Origin: Lytechinus pictus
Lineage: Eukaryota
Direction of reading: 5' to 3'
DNA length: 64,000 bases
NCBI RefSeq assembly: GCF_037042905.1
Contig: NC_087246.1
Span: 46,624,001-46,688,000 of the forward strand
Under the pieces are notes generated by a model. The model did not search any database and was not told where the DNA came from. It saw only the letters and a list, made by a program, of their open reading frames with translations. The translations under genes and the position numbers were made by a program. Shown in pieces: positions 35,229-48,691 of this stretch (position 1 is the stretch's first letter; each line of letters opens with the position of its first letter).

Positions 35229-36009
35229 GGTGAAATCGATGTCGGAAAGTTTAGATCTGAACTAGAGAATGGTGTCAACGCGATTTTGTCTTGTATACTC
35301 TTTCGAATATTCCTCAATTCTGGGTTTGAATAATCAGATCAACGTATGTAATTGAACTGCATGCTTTGTGCAGGACTTGAAACCAAGAGTAGGATAACTT
35401 TTAGGGTGTCGCTTACTAACACAATTTATCGTTGACTCGTTCTATAATATATATATATATATATATATGCAAAATCTCACGACAAAGTCATCTTGACTAA
35501 GATTGTCTTGGATGGCACAGAGCTCGGCAGATCGTATTAATAACGAAAATGAAAACTTGTCTCCAATGACTAGAAATTTACCTTGTTTCTATTTCCCTCT
35601 CTCTCCCTCTCCCTCCCTTCCTGTCTCTCTCTCCTTCAACTCCTCTCTCTCTCACTTCCTCTCTACCTTTTAGGAAGGACTTGAGAGAAAAGATCATTTA
35701 TGATCACACACAATGTAGCAAATCAATTATTCATCAGTTGGCCTTAATATTGCGCAAGTGACCACATTTTCTTTTACTTTCGATCTTGTGCTATTAATGA
35801 AAGTGAGCTTTGTCACAACTGACCTTAACAGGTTGCTAATTTGAGAATTGAATAGAATGATCTAATATTTCAGAAATCCCAAACTAAGTTTATGCAACTT
35901 TCACGATACAATTTGCTTTATTAGATTAATACTAAAGTCAAATATTCATCAATATATATAGACAATTCATGATGGTATATGATCTGCCTGTCGATTCCTG
36001 ATAAAATGC

Positions 36010-36903
36010 CCATTACATTTCACTGCAAACTGTACGGAATCTAGNNNNNNNNNNNNNNNNNNNNNNNNNNNNNNNNNNNNNNNNNNNNNNNNNNNNNNNN
36101 NNNNNNNNNNNNNNNNNNNNNNNNNNNNNNNNNNNNNNNNNNNNNNNNNNNNNNNNNNNNNNNNNNNNNNNNNNNNNNNNNNNNNNNNNNNNNNNNNNNN
36201 NNNNNNNNNNNNNNNNNNNNNNNNNNNNNNNNNNNNNNNNNNNNNNNNNNNNNNNNNNNNNNNNNNNNNNNNNNNNNNNNNNNNNNNNNNNNGGCGAAAA
36301 GGAAGAAGAAGAAAAAGAAAAAGAAGAAAAAGAAGAAAAGAAGAAGAAAAAAAGGAGGAGAAAATGAGGAAGAAGAAAAAAAAATAAGAGAACATGAGAA
36401 GGAAGATATTTTTCAGCCATTTTTGTTTTGTTTATTTATACATGTAAAGGTATATATGCTGTATCTTAAGGGAGACACGAATTCAGAGCTAATGTACAGA
36501 TGTATATCTGCACAATTTTGAAACATACTGAATAATGCCAGATTGTCCGCCGTTATTTTGACACTGCAAACTGTACCGAATCTATATCCTTTACTCCAGA
36601 AGAAAAAAAAGAAGAAGAAGAGGAAGAAAAGAAGGAGAAGAAGAAAAAGAATAGGAAGGAGAAGAAGAAGAAGAGGAAGAAGAAGAAGAAAAAAGAAGAG
36701 GAAAGAGAAGAAGAAGAACAGGAAGAAGAGGGGAAGAAGAAGAAGAAGGAAAAAATGAGGCAGAAGAAGAAAAAAAATAAGAGAAGGAAGATATTTTTCG
36801 CAATTTTTGTTTTGTTTATTTATACTTGTAAAGGTATTAACTGTATCTTATGGGAGACAGATATATACAGTTATAGCTGCACAATTTTGAAACATACTGA
36901 ATG
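36010..36903. repeat. Tandemly duplicated unit containing a (GAA)n-rich microsatellite; gap at 36045-36292
   Basis: cactgcaaactgtac(g/c)gaatcta at ~36021 and ~36562; gaaggaagatatttt...ttttgaaacatactgaat at ~36398-36533 and ~36783-36902. Confidence 0.85.
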
Positions 36904-37486
36904 AAGTGGGGGTTGGTTATAAGATGAAATGGTAATAAGCCAATCTCCACTTACCGACTTTATGCGTGTAGAGACATCCGACAGACAATCCTCCAATATA
37001 TTCAAAGTGCTCCAATCATTGCACGATCCCAATATTTGTATGTATACGTGCATATTATACACAAAATCACACAGATATTATCACAAAAACTAACTTGGCT
37101 AGCACAAGCGGTATTTTGGATTTTTCTCTTAGTGGAATGACGGAGAAATAAAAGGGTAGTACGAAAACTTGTTGAATATGAAGTAGAAGATACAATGGAT
37201 GAATTTGCTCTAAGTGAGACGATGGAAGTCCACAAAAGTATTAAGTAATTTGACGACGTTCTCAAAACACGTGTTTACTAAAGACGAAAACTTTGAGAAG
37301 TGTGTCAGAAAAGAAAGTAGTAGTTTTCATCCCAAATGTGATGTAGGATGTAAACAAAGAGAGAGGGGAGAGAGAGGTACCAATTCAGAGAATTTATAGT
37401 GAGTCACAGGTGAGCATGGTGAGTGCTGTGTGAGGGTCATTATTGACGACATGTTGGCATGTTTATTGCTAAGGACTCCTAAGTAC

Positions 37487-39037
37487 TGCACTGTTGGAAA
37501 GACATTCGCCCGAGTGATCCTGAACAGACTGCATTTGCTTGCAGCCCGTGTGTACCCAGAATCACAGTGTGGATTTCGGGCTGGAAGATCAACCATTGAC
37601 ATGGTATTCTCCATTCGCCAACTGCAGGAGAAAAGCCGTGAGCAGAGACAGCCATTGTACATTGCGTTCATCGACCTGACCAAGGCCTTTGACCTAGTCA
37701 GCAGAAAGGTTATCTTCAATTTGCTACAGAAGATAGGATGCCCTCCCACACTGCTTCAGCTTATTGTATCATTCCATGATGATATGCATGGCACCATCCA
37801 GTATGACGGCTCTACTTCTGCCCCATTCCCAATCAAGAATGGAGTCAAGCAGGGATGTGTGCTTGCCCCTATGCTCTTTGGGATCTTCTTTTCTGTGCTG
37901 CTTTCACACGCCTTCAGATCATCTAAGGACGGTGTGTACCTACACACAAGAAGCGATGGAAAACTACTCAATCTTGCACGACTTCAGGCTGAGACGAAAG
38001 TGAGGAAAATCCTGATTAGAGACATGCTGTTTGCTGATGATGTCGCTCTGTCATCCCAATCCGAGGAAGGCCCTCAGAGACTGATTGACTGCTTTTCAGA
38101 AGCTTGTGAAGACTTTTGCCTCACCATCAGCCTCAGGAAAACAAACATCATGGGCCAGGATGTACGCAGTGTTCCAGATATCTCCATTGGAAACTACACC
38201 CTTCAAGTGGTTGAAAACTTCACCTATCTCGGCTCCATGATTTCCAGCAAACTCTCCCTTGATCCCGAGCTCAACGTACGCATTGGCAAAGCAGCAACTA
38301 TGATAATGTCTAGACTCTCAAAGCGGCCCTGGGAGAAAACTTCACTTACCACCAACACAAAAATGAAGATCTATCAGGCCTGTGTGCTCAGCACTCTCCT
38401 GTATGGCAGTGAGTCATGGACCTTGTATGCACGCCAGGAGCGTCGTCTGAACGTCCTCCATCTCCGCTGTCTGAGACGAATCATGAACATCAAATGGCAG
38501 GACCACATCCCAAACAAGGATGTCCTCAAGAACTTCGGAGGAATGACAACCATCTATGCTTATCTAACACAACGACGACTGAGATGGCTTGGGCATGTCA
38601 CTAGAATGGACGACGGCCGTATTCCGAAAGACATATTGTACGGAGAGCTAGCGACCGGGACCAGGGCTGTTGGAAGACCTGTCCTCCGCTTCAAGGATGT
38701 GTGCAAGAGGGATATGAAGACCAGTGAAATCAACACTACAAACTGGGAAGCCCTAGCTGCAGATCGCCCCAAATGGAGACATGCTGTGAAGATGGGCATC
38801 CAAAGGAGCGAACAGAGAAGAGTAGAACAATGGGATGAGAAAAGACAACTAAGACGACAGTTAGCCATGGCTCCAACAGCTCAGCCACAAGTGACATTTG
38901 TATGCAGCAACTGCACCAAGACCTGCCTCTCAAGGATTGGACTATCTAGTCATCGCAGGAGCTGCACTTTATGAATTAGGAACTAAAAGAAACTACCAGC
39001 GCAAACTCTATTATCTCTCGAGACAGACAGATGCCAA
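37487..39037 (+). mobile_element. 5'-truncated RTE (BovB-like) LINE with uninterrupted RT ORF (to 38974)
   Basis: PESQCGFRAGRSTIDM, FIDLTKAFD, GVKQGCVLAP, LFADD and FTYLGS motifs; C-terminal CSNC...HRRSC; no endonuclease domain. Confidence 0.95.
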
Positions 39038-40657
39038 TGGGGGGAAGTAACTGGTATCCAAGGGTAATGTTCTCTCGAAGATGATGAGCAATAGACAGAT
39101 AGAAGGCAAAGTTGAGAAATTATGTAGGATGAAATTTGGAAAATACTACATGAATAATGCCAGATTGTTCGCCATTATTTTGACACCTGAATTATTTGAA
39201 CCTTTGAAAACGACAGTTTTACAATTTTTTAATTATATACTATAAATAGTTTTTAATTTATACATTCTATTCATTATTCAATATTGCTTACTATATTTTG
39301 AATCAAATTGCCAAACTGAAATCAGAAGCAATGCGAAACAGAAACAGTGGCAAGTTATCGAAAGCATTAACAGCATGAACAGTGAGCAGATTTATTCAAT
39401 TGATAAGTCATATTTCATAATAAATAATGTACTTTATTAAATCAGCTGGTTAGGGTAACAACTAATTGCGGTTTTTTGTTTCATCCAACAATTATGTACT
39501 ACTAATTAATTAACCTTGACTGCAACCATGCAGCATGATCCTGCTTTCGACCTGGAATGCATTTTAATTGGGCTATTAGATCGTTTTCTTTTTTTTTGGA
39601 CAGCAATATTTCGAAGACTTCGTTAGAATGGCCATGATTGCCAACATTCTCCAAATAATACACAACGATGTATAGTTTTGTACAATTAAGCACACAACTG
39701 AAGCAAGAGCAGTAAGTTCATATTCATATACGGTATACGTGTTTATTCATGATAATCTGCCAATGCCTATCACTTGCCCTTCCACCATGGAGGTAAAAAG
39801 AATGGAGTGACAACGATATGCAAATAGCTTCCAATTTCTAAAGAAGTACAAAAGAAACACACAGGTGCAATGTAACCTTTGGTGGCGATCTGTGATGCCG
39901 CCAATTTCATGGAAAAACTGAAAAATGATTTGTTGCTAAAAAAGATGACTGGGAAATTTCCATTTTTATTTGAGCACAAACATAGATATTGAACACAAAC
40001 ATGGATATTAAACACATGACGAAATATGTATCAAAGGCGTATTGTGTCCTGATATTGGGCGAAATATTGAATGATAACAGTTTCAAAATGTGATAAAACC
40101 GAATAATTTGACATTTTTTCAATCAACATTTTACAAAATCCCACACACTATACAAATGTTATGATTAGTTTGATGGATTGTATCACTTTGTGATGCTATG
40201 TGTCAGAACTGCGGCCAAATGCGGCCAGTCGAGTGATTTCAAATCAGATTTCAAGAAATATTGCAACATTCATTTTTGTTGTCCCCTGTAAAAGTGAGCA
40301 ATGTGTCTGCTCATATTATCCGACCAGAAGCAGCGTAAAGTAATTATCATTACAAAAGCATTTTCCTTATTTTTAATTCGCCTGTAAGTCTGTAGTTAGG
40401 CAGGAATCTTTGTCTACAATCTGCAAGATATATGCAATGAAACACATGTCTAACATATTTTAGCATTGCGGCATCAAAGTGGCTATAAACATGATAAAGG
40501 GAAAGTATTGGATGGTTCTTCATGTCTCAAAACTCCTTGCCTCCACCCAACACTCATTTTCACAAGTGCTTGCTTCGCCTTTTCCTTCAACCTCTTGATT
40601 AATTTTCAGATAATGCATTATATACTTTCGTATCTATAATGTACTTCAGTTTGTTAA

Positions 40658-41234
40658 AGGTCAAGTCCACGCTAGAAAAAAATGTAGATTTGAATCAATA
40701 GAGAAAAATCAGACAAGCATCATGCTGAAAATTTTATCAAAATCAGGTGTAAAATAAGATAGTTATGACATTTTAAAGTTTCGCTTATTTTTCACCAAAT
40801 AGTTTTATGCACAATTTAGTCACATGCAAATGAGAGAATCGATGATATCCCTCACTCACTATTTGTTTTGTTTTTTATTGTTTGAATTATACAATATTTT
40901 AATTTTTACATGCAGATTTGAAAAGGCTTGACTGAACAATGGTAATTCCATATGTTCGGGGAAAAATAAAACTTTGTTTCACAGGACAATGAGGAGAAAG
41001 TAAGAATATTTCATATAATAAAATACAAAGAAATAGTGAGTAAGTGATGTCATCAGTTCCCTCATTTGCATTCCGACCGGGATGTGCAAATAACTATTTT
41101 TCTGAAATCAAGCGAAATTTAGAAATGTCATAACTTTCTTATTTTTCATCCGATTTTGATGAGTTTTCAGTGTTAAGCTAGTTGGATTTTTTTCTTTTCA
41201 TTCAAATCAACTTTTGTTTGGGTGGACTTGTCCT
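40658..41234 (+). mobile_element. Kolobok-like TTAA MITE (family A)
   Basis: ttaa|aggtcaagtccac ... gggtggacttgtcct|ttaa. Confidence 0.9.
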
Positions 41235-44029
41235 TTAATGAAGTTTATTAATATTGTATTGTATTGTATGTGTGTAGTTTTAAGTAGTTTGAAACCCGGA
41301 AGCGACCTTGTACAAGTTCTTTAACCTCTGTTGTCTTTCACGAGACAGGAATTTTTTTCATAACTTGTCTGAATAAAAACAATTTAATTCAACACTGAGT
41401 GCTTATGTAATTCTAAAATTGGCAGGTATTTTTTTTTTTTTTGGGGGGGGGCTGGGGTGTATTTTGGCAAGTGGTTGTAGGGCTAGCACTCCTTTTCGTC
41501 GTATGCTTTTATTGGCAATCTACTTTTAACCACCCTTTTCCGTCCGGCAGTAATAAAACAAATCATAAAATATCCTCATTAGCCGACATGATCTGGGGCC
41601 CGTTTCATAAAGACCTGTATATTATATGGAATCCTTGATTGTAATTGGCTGCTTAGTAATGTTACCATGGTAGTTACAATAATTGTTCATTTAAAATAGT
41701 TGTAAGTCTTTATGAAATGGACCCCAGTTTATAGATCTTCCGTTGAAAGTGGTGTCGCCTCGGGTGTCTCGCCCACCGGCTCGCCCACTGTTTGTAGTCT
41801 CGCCCGAACCATGGACCTATCGTAGGTCTATGCCTAAACGAAGTTCTGCAGAGACCTTCTAAACACTTTTCCTGTTGGTCTGTTAATCTGTTTAAAAAAA
41901 AATTAAATTTGATTTTATCAAAGGTTGTCTAGGGGTAAAAGGTCAAATGATAAGAGGTCATATCCTTCCCTTTTTCAAGTTTTTGTTCAACTTGCTCTCA
42001 TTTCTTTGAATCTGCATCAATTGTGTTTTTACTTGGTTCAAATTATTTTTGGTTGATACCACATGGGTGTTCTTGAGGATGACAAGGTCAAGGTCATCTA
42101 GGGGGTCATAAGACCATATTGCATATTTTATTGAACGCAAAATCAGGCGAGACTCGTGGTTCGTGAACCACCTTGTTATTCTTGCGATCATTCGGAATTC
42201 GTGAAGTTTGTCGATCAGTGAGACCCTTCAGGCTTGAACGGTGCAGTCTAGCGCCATCTATATTCTTGCGAAATCTTGTTTATAGAGGAAAAAGAAAATT
42301 CTTACTAGTATAGTAGTTGACGAGGTAATTACTTTTTTTTACACAGAAGTTGGGCAATGAGGAGAAGAATATTCCTGTCAACTTATTTTGTCATTTAGTA
42401 AGTTCCACGACGTAGAAATAAAGAGGAAAGAAGGGGGACTTGCACTTGAAAAGAAAGAAGAAAAAAAACTACGATATGATTTTCTGAATAAATAAAATTC
42501 TATTACGAAATTTGATTTTCATTTTAAAAAGGTAAAAACTTCCTCCTTGCTTGTTTTGTTTGCTCTCAGTGTTTTTTTTTATGAGAAATATTTTCCCGAA
42601 CGCCATTTTAGGCACATTACACCACTGATTAGCCTTATCATCACCATTAGCCTCAGCAGGGGCAGATCCAGATTCACCAGAAATACTGGGGGAGACATTT
42701 CCAAAAATATACAATCTACACGGGAAGAACTTTGCTCGCATTACATTTGTGGACAAGCAAGGCAAAGCCCGCTCAGTCATTATCGTTATGACCAACATAC
42801 TCACGAACCTCACTATTCTCATCATCCTCATATCCCACCCTCGCCACAAGATCAAAGGCAAATTATGAGGCCATGTACCGCACACCTTACAATGATTTGG
42901 TCTGCTACCCAATTTGGAATAAAACGTAGTAGAATTTGATGCTAATAATTATTGAAACATGGAATATCTTACTGTATAATGTTGTAGATCATCGTACGAA
43001 TACTGATGTTCAAATCTGTGATTATGCTATCATCCTTATCAGAATCAAAGCGAATTTAATATCTAGTCCTGATGACGTCATACCAATCGTACGATTGGCT
43101 ACGATTTGAAACTAATTTGGCTTGCAGTCATCCAAAAAAGAAAATATATTAATGTTCTTTGAGTTAATCATTTTGGACCTAAAATAAAAAAGTTACTTTT
43201 CATTCACAATTTCAGAAAAAGAGCAAAATGCGATTTGTTCCAAAATCGAATCGAGGGCCAGTCTTATGGTGTGCGGTGGCTTTAAAACATATTGGCATCT
43301 TCTCAATCACCATCATTGCCACCATGATTTATCAAATTCACCATTGTCATCACTACCACCATCAGGGCGATTCCATACGTGTTGTACGGTACATTTTGAC
43401 AACAATTTCTAGTTTCCTAGCCGAATGCTTGAGCAATAAAATATTCTTTTTTGTCAATGATAAAGCTATAGTGGGTAGTCATGTGAAAAACTAATAACCA
43501 ACACAAAAAAATGTTTATGGGTAAATTATTGGTGAAAATGTGTGTCGTACGGGGCGCAGAAATGTCCCGTACGACACGCAAAGCTCTAATTCACGTATGG
43601 GCAACATGTTTTTGTTGGTTGTCAGTTTCTTGCATGTCTCCCCAGTAGTACTGTAATATTACCACAAAGCAAATTGAAGTTCTTCGTTCATTTGGACAGT
43701 AGGTTGTAAAATGTTGTGAAAATTTCTGATTTTTCTGCATGGAATCACCCATCACCATGATCACCACCATTGTTGCACAATTTTAATTGCCACTCAATGA
43801 TGTCCCAAAGTCATCAGAAAGAAGACGGCATAAAACAGATTTGATTTGTATTGGTTTTAATTCATGCTGCTTCATTCCGCAAGACACTTTCTTGACTTTC
43901 GACATGAATTGCTCCGAGTTTCATCAAAACTGCTGTCAAATCTCGCTCAGTCACATTGAATGTGATATTGTGCAGTGGGTCTCAAAGCGGCCTACTCTAT
44001 CTCCACATTGTCCTTTTCTGCCATGGCTT

Positions 44030-44900
44030 TTGTTAAGCCTTGAACACGTCCGAAGGTGACTTTGGTCTTTTCTTCATCAGAATTGGCTTTTATAATGTCC
44101 ATTGTCCACCTAAGGTACAAGAAGATGTTCCTTTGCTCAATCTACTGCACCATCTTCTTCTGCCATTCCTTGAATCGTGCCTGCGCAATATATGCGAAAT
44201 TATCCTTCACCACAATGTATCAGTGTACGAGGGATTATGTCTGTTCAATGGTCCATCTCACCGACAAGAAGATTTTCCTCGATCAGGTGCAACATCATCT
44301 TCTTCCGCCAGACCTTCAACGAGCCTGCCTAAGGTGACTTTGGGGAGAGCTGGTTTCCTTCACCAGGATTTCAAGAAATAATGGTGGCTATAACGTGGTC
44401 CATCCAACTCCCACTTCCCTGGTCCATCTCAACTTAAACCTCCGGCAATTTATTTTCTTGATCAATCAACTGCATCATCTTCTTCCGTAATACACTGAAA
44501 GCCTATCTTGGGCGATTGGCTTATTGACTTTTCCTTGGATGCAGATTATCTATCATTACTTGGCTAGCGAGTCAGAAAGTCCGCCTTTCAAAGAAGATAG
44601 TGTTCTTGACAACAAGAGTGTCAAAGAACTATCCGGTCTATCATACCGGAAGCCCTCCTCTGCAACGAAGGTCGTTTGAAGGGAATCCCACATCTTCTTC
44701 ATTTTCCTTTTCCATTCCGTTCTGGGAAGGTGTCGCAGGCCAGAAAGAAGAGATATCATGGTGGATAGCTGACTGCAATCTAGTATAGCCTGGTTGTGCA
44801 AGAAATTCTTACTTGCTCAATCTACTGCATCATCTTCTTCTTCCAAGCCTTGAACTGGGCTCTCCTAAGAAGACTGTGTTCTGCACAGGTCTCCTTCACC
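44030..44900 (-). repeat. Degenerate tandem copies (~150-210 bp) of the last coding segment and stop codon of the MGC gene
   Basis: gaagaagatg(a/g)tg.. recurs on the minus strand at ~44835, 44695, 44480, 44298, 44155, with flanking ggtgaagga and gatggac motifs. Confidence 0.75.
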
Positions 44901-45016
44901 AGGATGTAGTGAAAGCTGTCAATGGCTCTCTCTGTCATAGTGGCTGTCATCAGGTCGAACTCTTCCTCAGCCTTCCTCAGAGACGCCAACCGTTTCTTAT
45001 TCCTCTTTGCATTGTC
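44822..45016 (-). CDS. MGC-lipidated stathmin-motif protein, exon 5 (terminal)
   Basis: ttttaag| phase 0; DNAKRNKKRLASLRKAEEEFD...KAWKKKMMQ*. Confidence 0.75.
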   Translation of the reverse strand, partial: DNAKRNKKRLASLRKAEEEFDLMTATMTERAIDSFHYILVKETCAEHSLLRRAQFKAWKKKMMQ

Positions 45017-45316
45017 CTTAAAACAAACCAGCAAGAAACAAAAACAAATATTATTCCAATTATCCGTTTATACCAAAGACACGGTAGTGTCTTTGCTTAC
45101 ACCGATATCTTCAGGATATCACTTGGTGAGAGAAAAAACTTCTTAAAGTATTCTAGCATTAAATGTTTTGAAATATGTACGTAGGCCTATTTGCTTTTTC
45201 GTAAGCACTAACATGAATTTAAAACGAATTATGACGTACATGTATCTCTGTTGTAATGTATCCAACTCAATTAAAACAAAAAACAATTCTCCAAAATCTG
45301 GACCCGCTCCACTTAC

Positions 45317-45729
45317 ATTCATTGCAAGAACTTTGTTGGCCACCCATACATCGTCAGTTTCTTTGATGACGTCATGCTCGCTCCACCCATCTTTAGCAAT
45401 GAGTGACGTCACTTTGCTGAGAGTCTTGAGTTGTTGGTTCTGCTCCTCGTTATCGCTGAAATCGATCTCAAAAGCCATGCCTTCCTTAGCGTGACGTGTG
45501 CAGCTCACGGTTGTGATTGGTGAACTCGGGAGAGACATCTCTGAAACCTCTGCAGAAGGAGCAAGAGATTGGTCTGCTGTGATCTCGAAAGCCACGCCCC
45601 CACGGCTGACTTTGACGTCTGTCACATCTGTGATATGGTCAAAGTTATTCGCAACTTCAAAAGCCACACCCCCAGGGCGTGCTTTGATTTGAGTGATGTG
45701 AGCCGAGTTATCTTCGTCTTCGCCATGAT
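45317..45729 (-). CDS. MGC-lipidated stathmin-motif protein, exon 4
   Basis: ctgcag|...|gtaagt; phase 1-0; contains RPGGVAFEV, SRGGVAFEI and KEGMAFEI. Confidence 0.85.
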
Positions 45730-45983
45730 CTGCAGAGAAAAGCAAAGAAGAACATAAAGCGTGTTTAATATTATTATTCGTAAATCGAGATTTAAATAAG
45801 GAAAGTTAAAAGTAAGCATCAATTTCTAGATCCATGGGCTTAAATATCCCTACTTCAGATATTTTTTTTTGTATTTCACTATCCGTTAATATTGTACCAT
45901 AATCTTAATCATCCCAGGCTATCCTACTTCCCTTTGTGATTAATTCCTATTGTGTTACTTCTCTTTATAGAGAGACGACCTAC

Positions 45984-46115
45984 CAATGACGAGGATGTCA
46001 CTACTCTTCTTGATCTTTCCTGGTGGGTATGACATTGATGGTTGTTTTTGCTTGACGACGTTGTCATTGAAGTCAGAATCGCTATCATCAAGAATAGTAC
46101 TGGCCAAGAATCGTT
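45984..46115 (-). CDS. MGC-lipidated stathmin-motif protein, exon 3
   Basis: ttttcatag|...|gtaggt; 132 nt, phase 1-1, open. Confidence 0.8.
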
Positions 46116-46339
46116 CTATGAAAACAGGAAATCAAAATGGGAAATGTTTAGAAGATAGGCCAGTGAATTGTAAATTATAAAAAAAACAAAGAAATTTAAA
46201 GAAGAATCTTCAAAAAGTAAGACAATTTGACAAGAACTTATTGGATTAAAGATTCTTCAAATTAAAAGGCGCTGCCTTTTTGTAATTATAATCCTACCGT
46301 TCTTACGAATATTTTCTAAATTACATATTCATGACATAC

Positions 46340-46442
46340 CATAAGCCAGGAATTCTTGAGGGTTGACATTTTCGTCTCTGGGATATGATGTCGAAGGCTG
46401 GTTGATGACTTCATCAATGTCGCAGAAATTGGTTGGTGCCAC
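46340..46442 (-). CDS. MGC-lipidated stathmin-motif protein, exon 2
   Basis: caacag|...|gtatgt; 103 nt, phase 0-1; VAPTNFCDIDEVINQPSTSYPRDENVNPQEFLAY. Confidence 0.8.
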
Positions 46443-47071
46443 CTGTTGATGAGTATGATTCATGAATATAGCACTTGATTATGCTTATGTGTGTATTCTT
46501 CATACAAGCTGTTAAGGGACGCACCATTAGATATCCAGGGGGGCTGGATTTTTTATAAACTTGACTTGCTATATGAGCAACAACAAAAAAAATGACTCAC
46601 CATCAGAGTAAAAATAAAACTTGGTCCACTGACAAATCATCTGAAAGGGGGATAAAAAGCTTGTCTCAATGGAATAAGGACTTTACTCAAAGAAGAAAGG
46701 AAAAAAAATTGCATCAACCCAAAGTTCCAGCCCCCCTTGCAAATTTGTCAGCCACTGGGTTGCGAGACAATCAGAAAGTATACCATGAGTAATTCTTTCA
46801 ATCCCCTTCCATCCGCCCCCTCTCTCTCTCTTATGTTTTCTCCATCCACTGTGACAGTAACCAAGGTCAATAATTAATAGTCATACCATTCTTGTTTTTT
46901 CAACCTTTTTTTCCAATCAGCTTCGTAAAAAGTTCATTTTAATAAAGTCATTAGTACTTTTAGCGCTTGCAGCATTCGAATTTACTTTAAAAATTATACT
47001 AAACATTGTAGACGGTCGGCCCCTAATGTTTTTCTTACCCCCCCCCCTTCTAAAATTTGAGTGTTTCTTAC

Positions 47072-47206
47072 TTTATTTCTCCGGCAGAACACCTTTTTCA
47101 ATGCCTTCAACAATGATCTCCCATTACGTTTTTGACGCCGAGTTTGTGAAGTTTCCACCACCAAACCCATCGGCAGAGGACATACTTTTGAATTTGTACA
47201 TCCCAT
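47072..47206 (-). CDS. MGC-lipidated stathmin-motif protein, exon 1
   Basis: MGCTNSK (G2 myristoylation / C3 palmitoylation consensus); donor |gtaaga phase 0; all five exons chain in frame to 325 aa. Confidence 0.82.
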
Positions 47207-47329
47207 GATGAAGATTTGGAAAATACCGAAGATTTGTAAAGAATTATCAGAGAAACCGCTGAATGCAAGTTCACTCGGATAAGATTATTACAATAATCAC
47301 TGTGATAAAATAGAGGCGTTCCCAGGGTG

Positions 47330-47415
47330 ACTACTGTGACGCGCTTCGAGTTTCATGTATGTGACGTCACATTTGATGCTCTTCGCGTTTCATGAGATTG
47401 TCAAGCGCATGCGTA
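47330..47415 (-). promoter_or_regulatory. Probable promoter of the MGC gene: CRE palindrome and NRF1-like site
   Basis: atgtgacgtcacat (47359-47372) and gcgcatgcgt (47405-47414), 150-210 bp upstream of the ATG in a CpG-enriched patch. Confidence 0.5.
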
Positions 47416-48122
47416 TTGTAGAAAGAGGCTATAGCTTTCCCTATATTCCTTTCATATGACTAAAAATTAGTGATCCATTGTAATTTAGGAAGTTGTTAGC
47501 AGAACAATGTCATTTGAATTATAGCGTACGATCGCCCACCCAGTCCCACAGACTTTGAAGTTCTCATGACACCATTCTCCGTAGTTACCCACCTTTTAAA
47601 ACAAAGATTACACTATAGGTGATAGTGCCTTTGTTAGTGCTGTGCACACCCACACTCTCCCATTTTTAATAAGCAGTGATTTATCTATTACCTTCTTCAA
47701 AAATAAACTGAAACCTACCATTTTCAAGAGAGTATCAATAAATAAGTCACTTTTTGTTATATAATTTGTAGAGATATAGGCTTCCCTTTTCCAGTAATTA
47801 GAACTTAATCGAACTTTCGTGTATTTATCTTAACTATTTTACCTTTTATTATTGTAATGCGCGGTTGAGTATTTACAAATAAATGTACAATTATTAGTAC
47901 GATACTCTCTATCAACACGTCTGATGGAAAAAAGGTTGGCAGTCTTGGTATACCAAAGTCCACCATAACAACAAATTGGTGAACCATTTTTTATTGAAAA
48001 ATTAATGAAAATCGGATGTGAGATGAGGAAAGTTTTCTAATTAAGCTTTGCTTAATTATTTTCATATAATGTGATGGTATCACCCACTTATATATTGTGT
48101 ACTTCATTGTAATTAACATTAA

Positions 48123-48691
48123 AGGGGAATTAAACCTTCGGAACAGGTGAGCTTGTGTGGAACCAGAAAAATCAAAGAATATAGGATAAAATAGGATAAA
48201 AAAAGTTTGAGAAAAATCAGACAAAATTTAATGAGACAAAAGTTATAGCATTTGAACCGATTTGGCGGTGGGTGATGCAACTGACATTGTTGTAATGTCA
48301 CATGTGATCAACTCTCCCCTTAATGGACTATAAATTACTCCAAAAATGTCTTTTTTTGCTCTTTCTCATGGTTACACAAACTCTTCATCTGTAATGTATA
48401 GTACATGCCCTCTTATAAGAAAGAATAAGTAATCTACTGATAGATGTGATAAAAGAGGGATTATTTGAAATATATACAAAAGTAATGGCAAAGTTGTTCA
48501 CATTGTGACATCACGCATCTCGTTGCAATGGGAGGATCTACATTACAATAAAATAATGATATGAACTACAAAAATAATGCTCATTATTTTTCTTATTATC
48601 TATTCAATTTTTCTCAAACTTTCCTTGATCTGTGTCTTTGATTTGTCTGTTTTTGAACAGGCTATCTTGTTCCATATGTTTCATTTTTCCT
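48123..48691. mobile_element. Kolobok-like TTAA MITE (another family)
   Basis: ttaa|aggggaattaaacc ... tttcatttttcct|ttaa with degenerate long inverted arms. Confidence 0.7.

Noticed and set aside
37430-37486. Start of the 514-aa RT ORF as a full gene
   Set aside because: GTG start in flanking DNA; the LINE is 5'-truncated and lacks the endonuclease.
39550-40560. Possible old minus-strand LINE remnant
   Set aside because: Only faint Cys-motif hints with many stops; cannot be supported by eye.
41810-41832. 23-bp imperfect palindrome catggacctatcgtaggtctatg as a mini-transposon
   Set aside because: Flanking duplication matches only 5 of 7 bases; too short to call.
42469-42939. ORFs on both strands downstream of the MGC gene
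   Set aside because: No recognisable motifs and no in-phase splice chain found.
44780-44824. Programmed read-through of the conserved TAG
   Set aside because: The downstream frame hits further stops within about 25 codons and the repeats are frameshifted.
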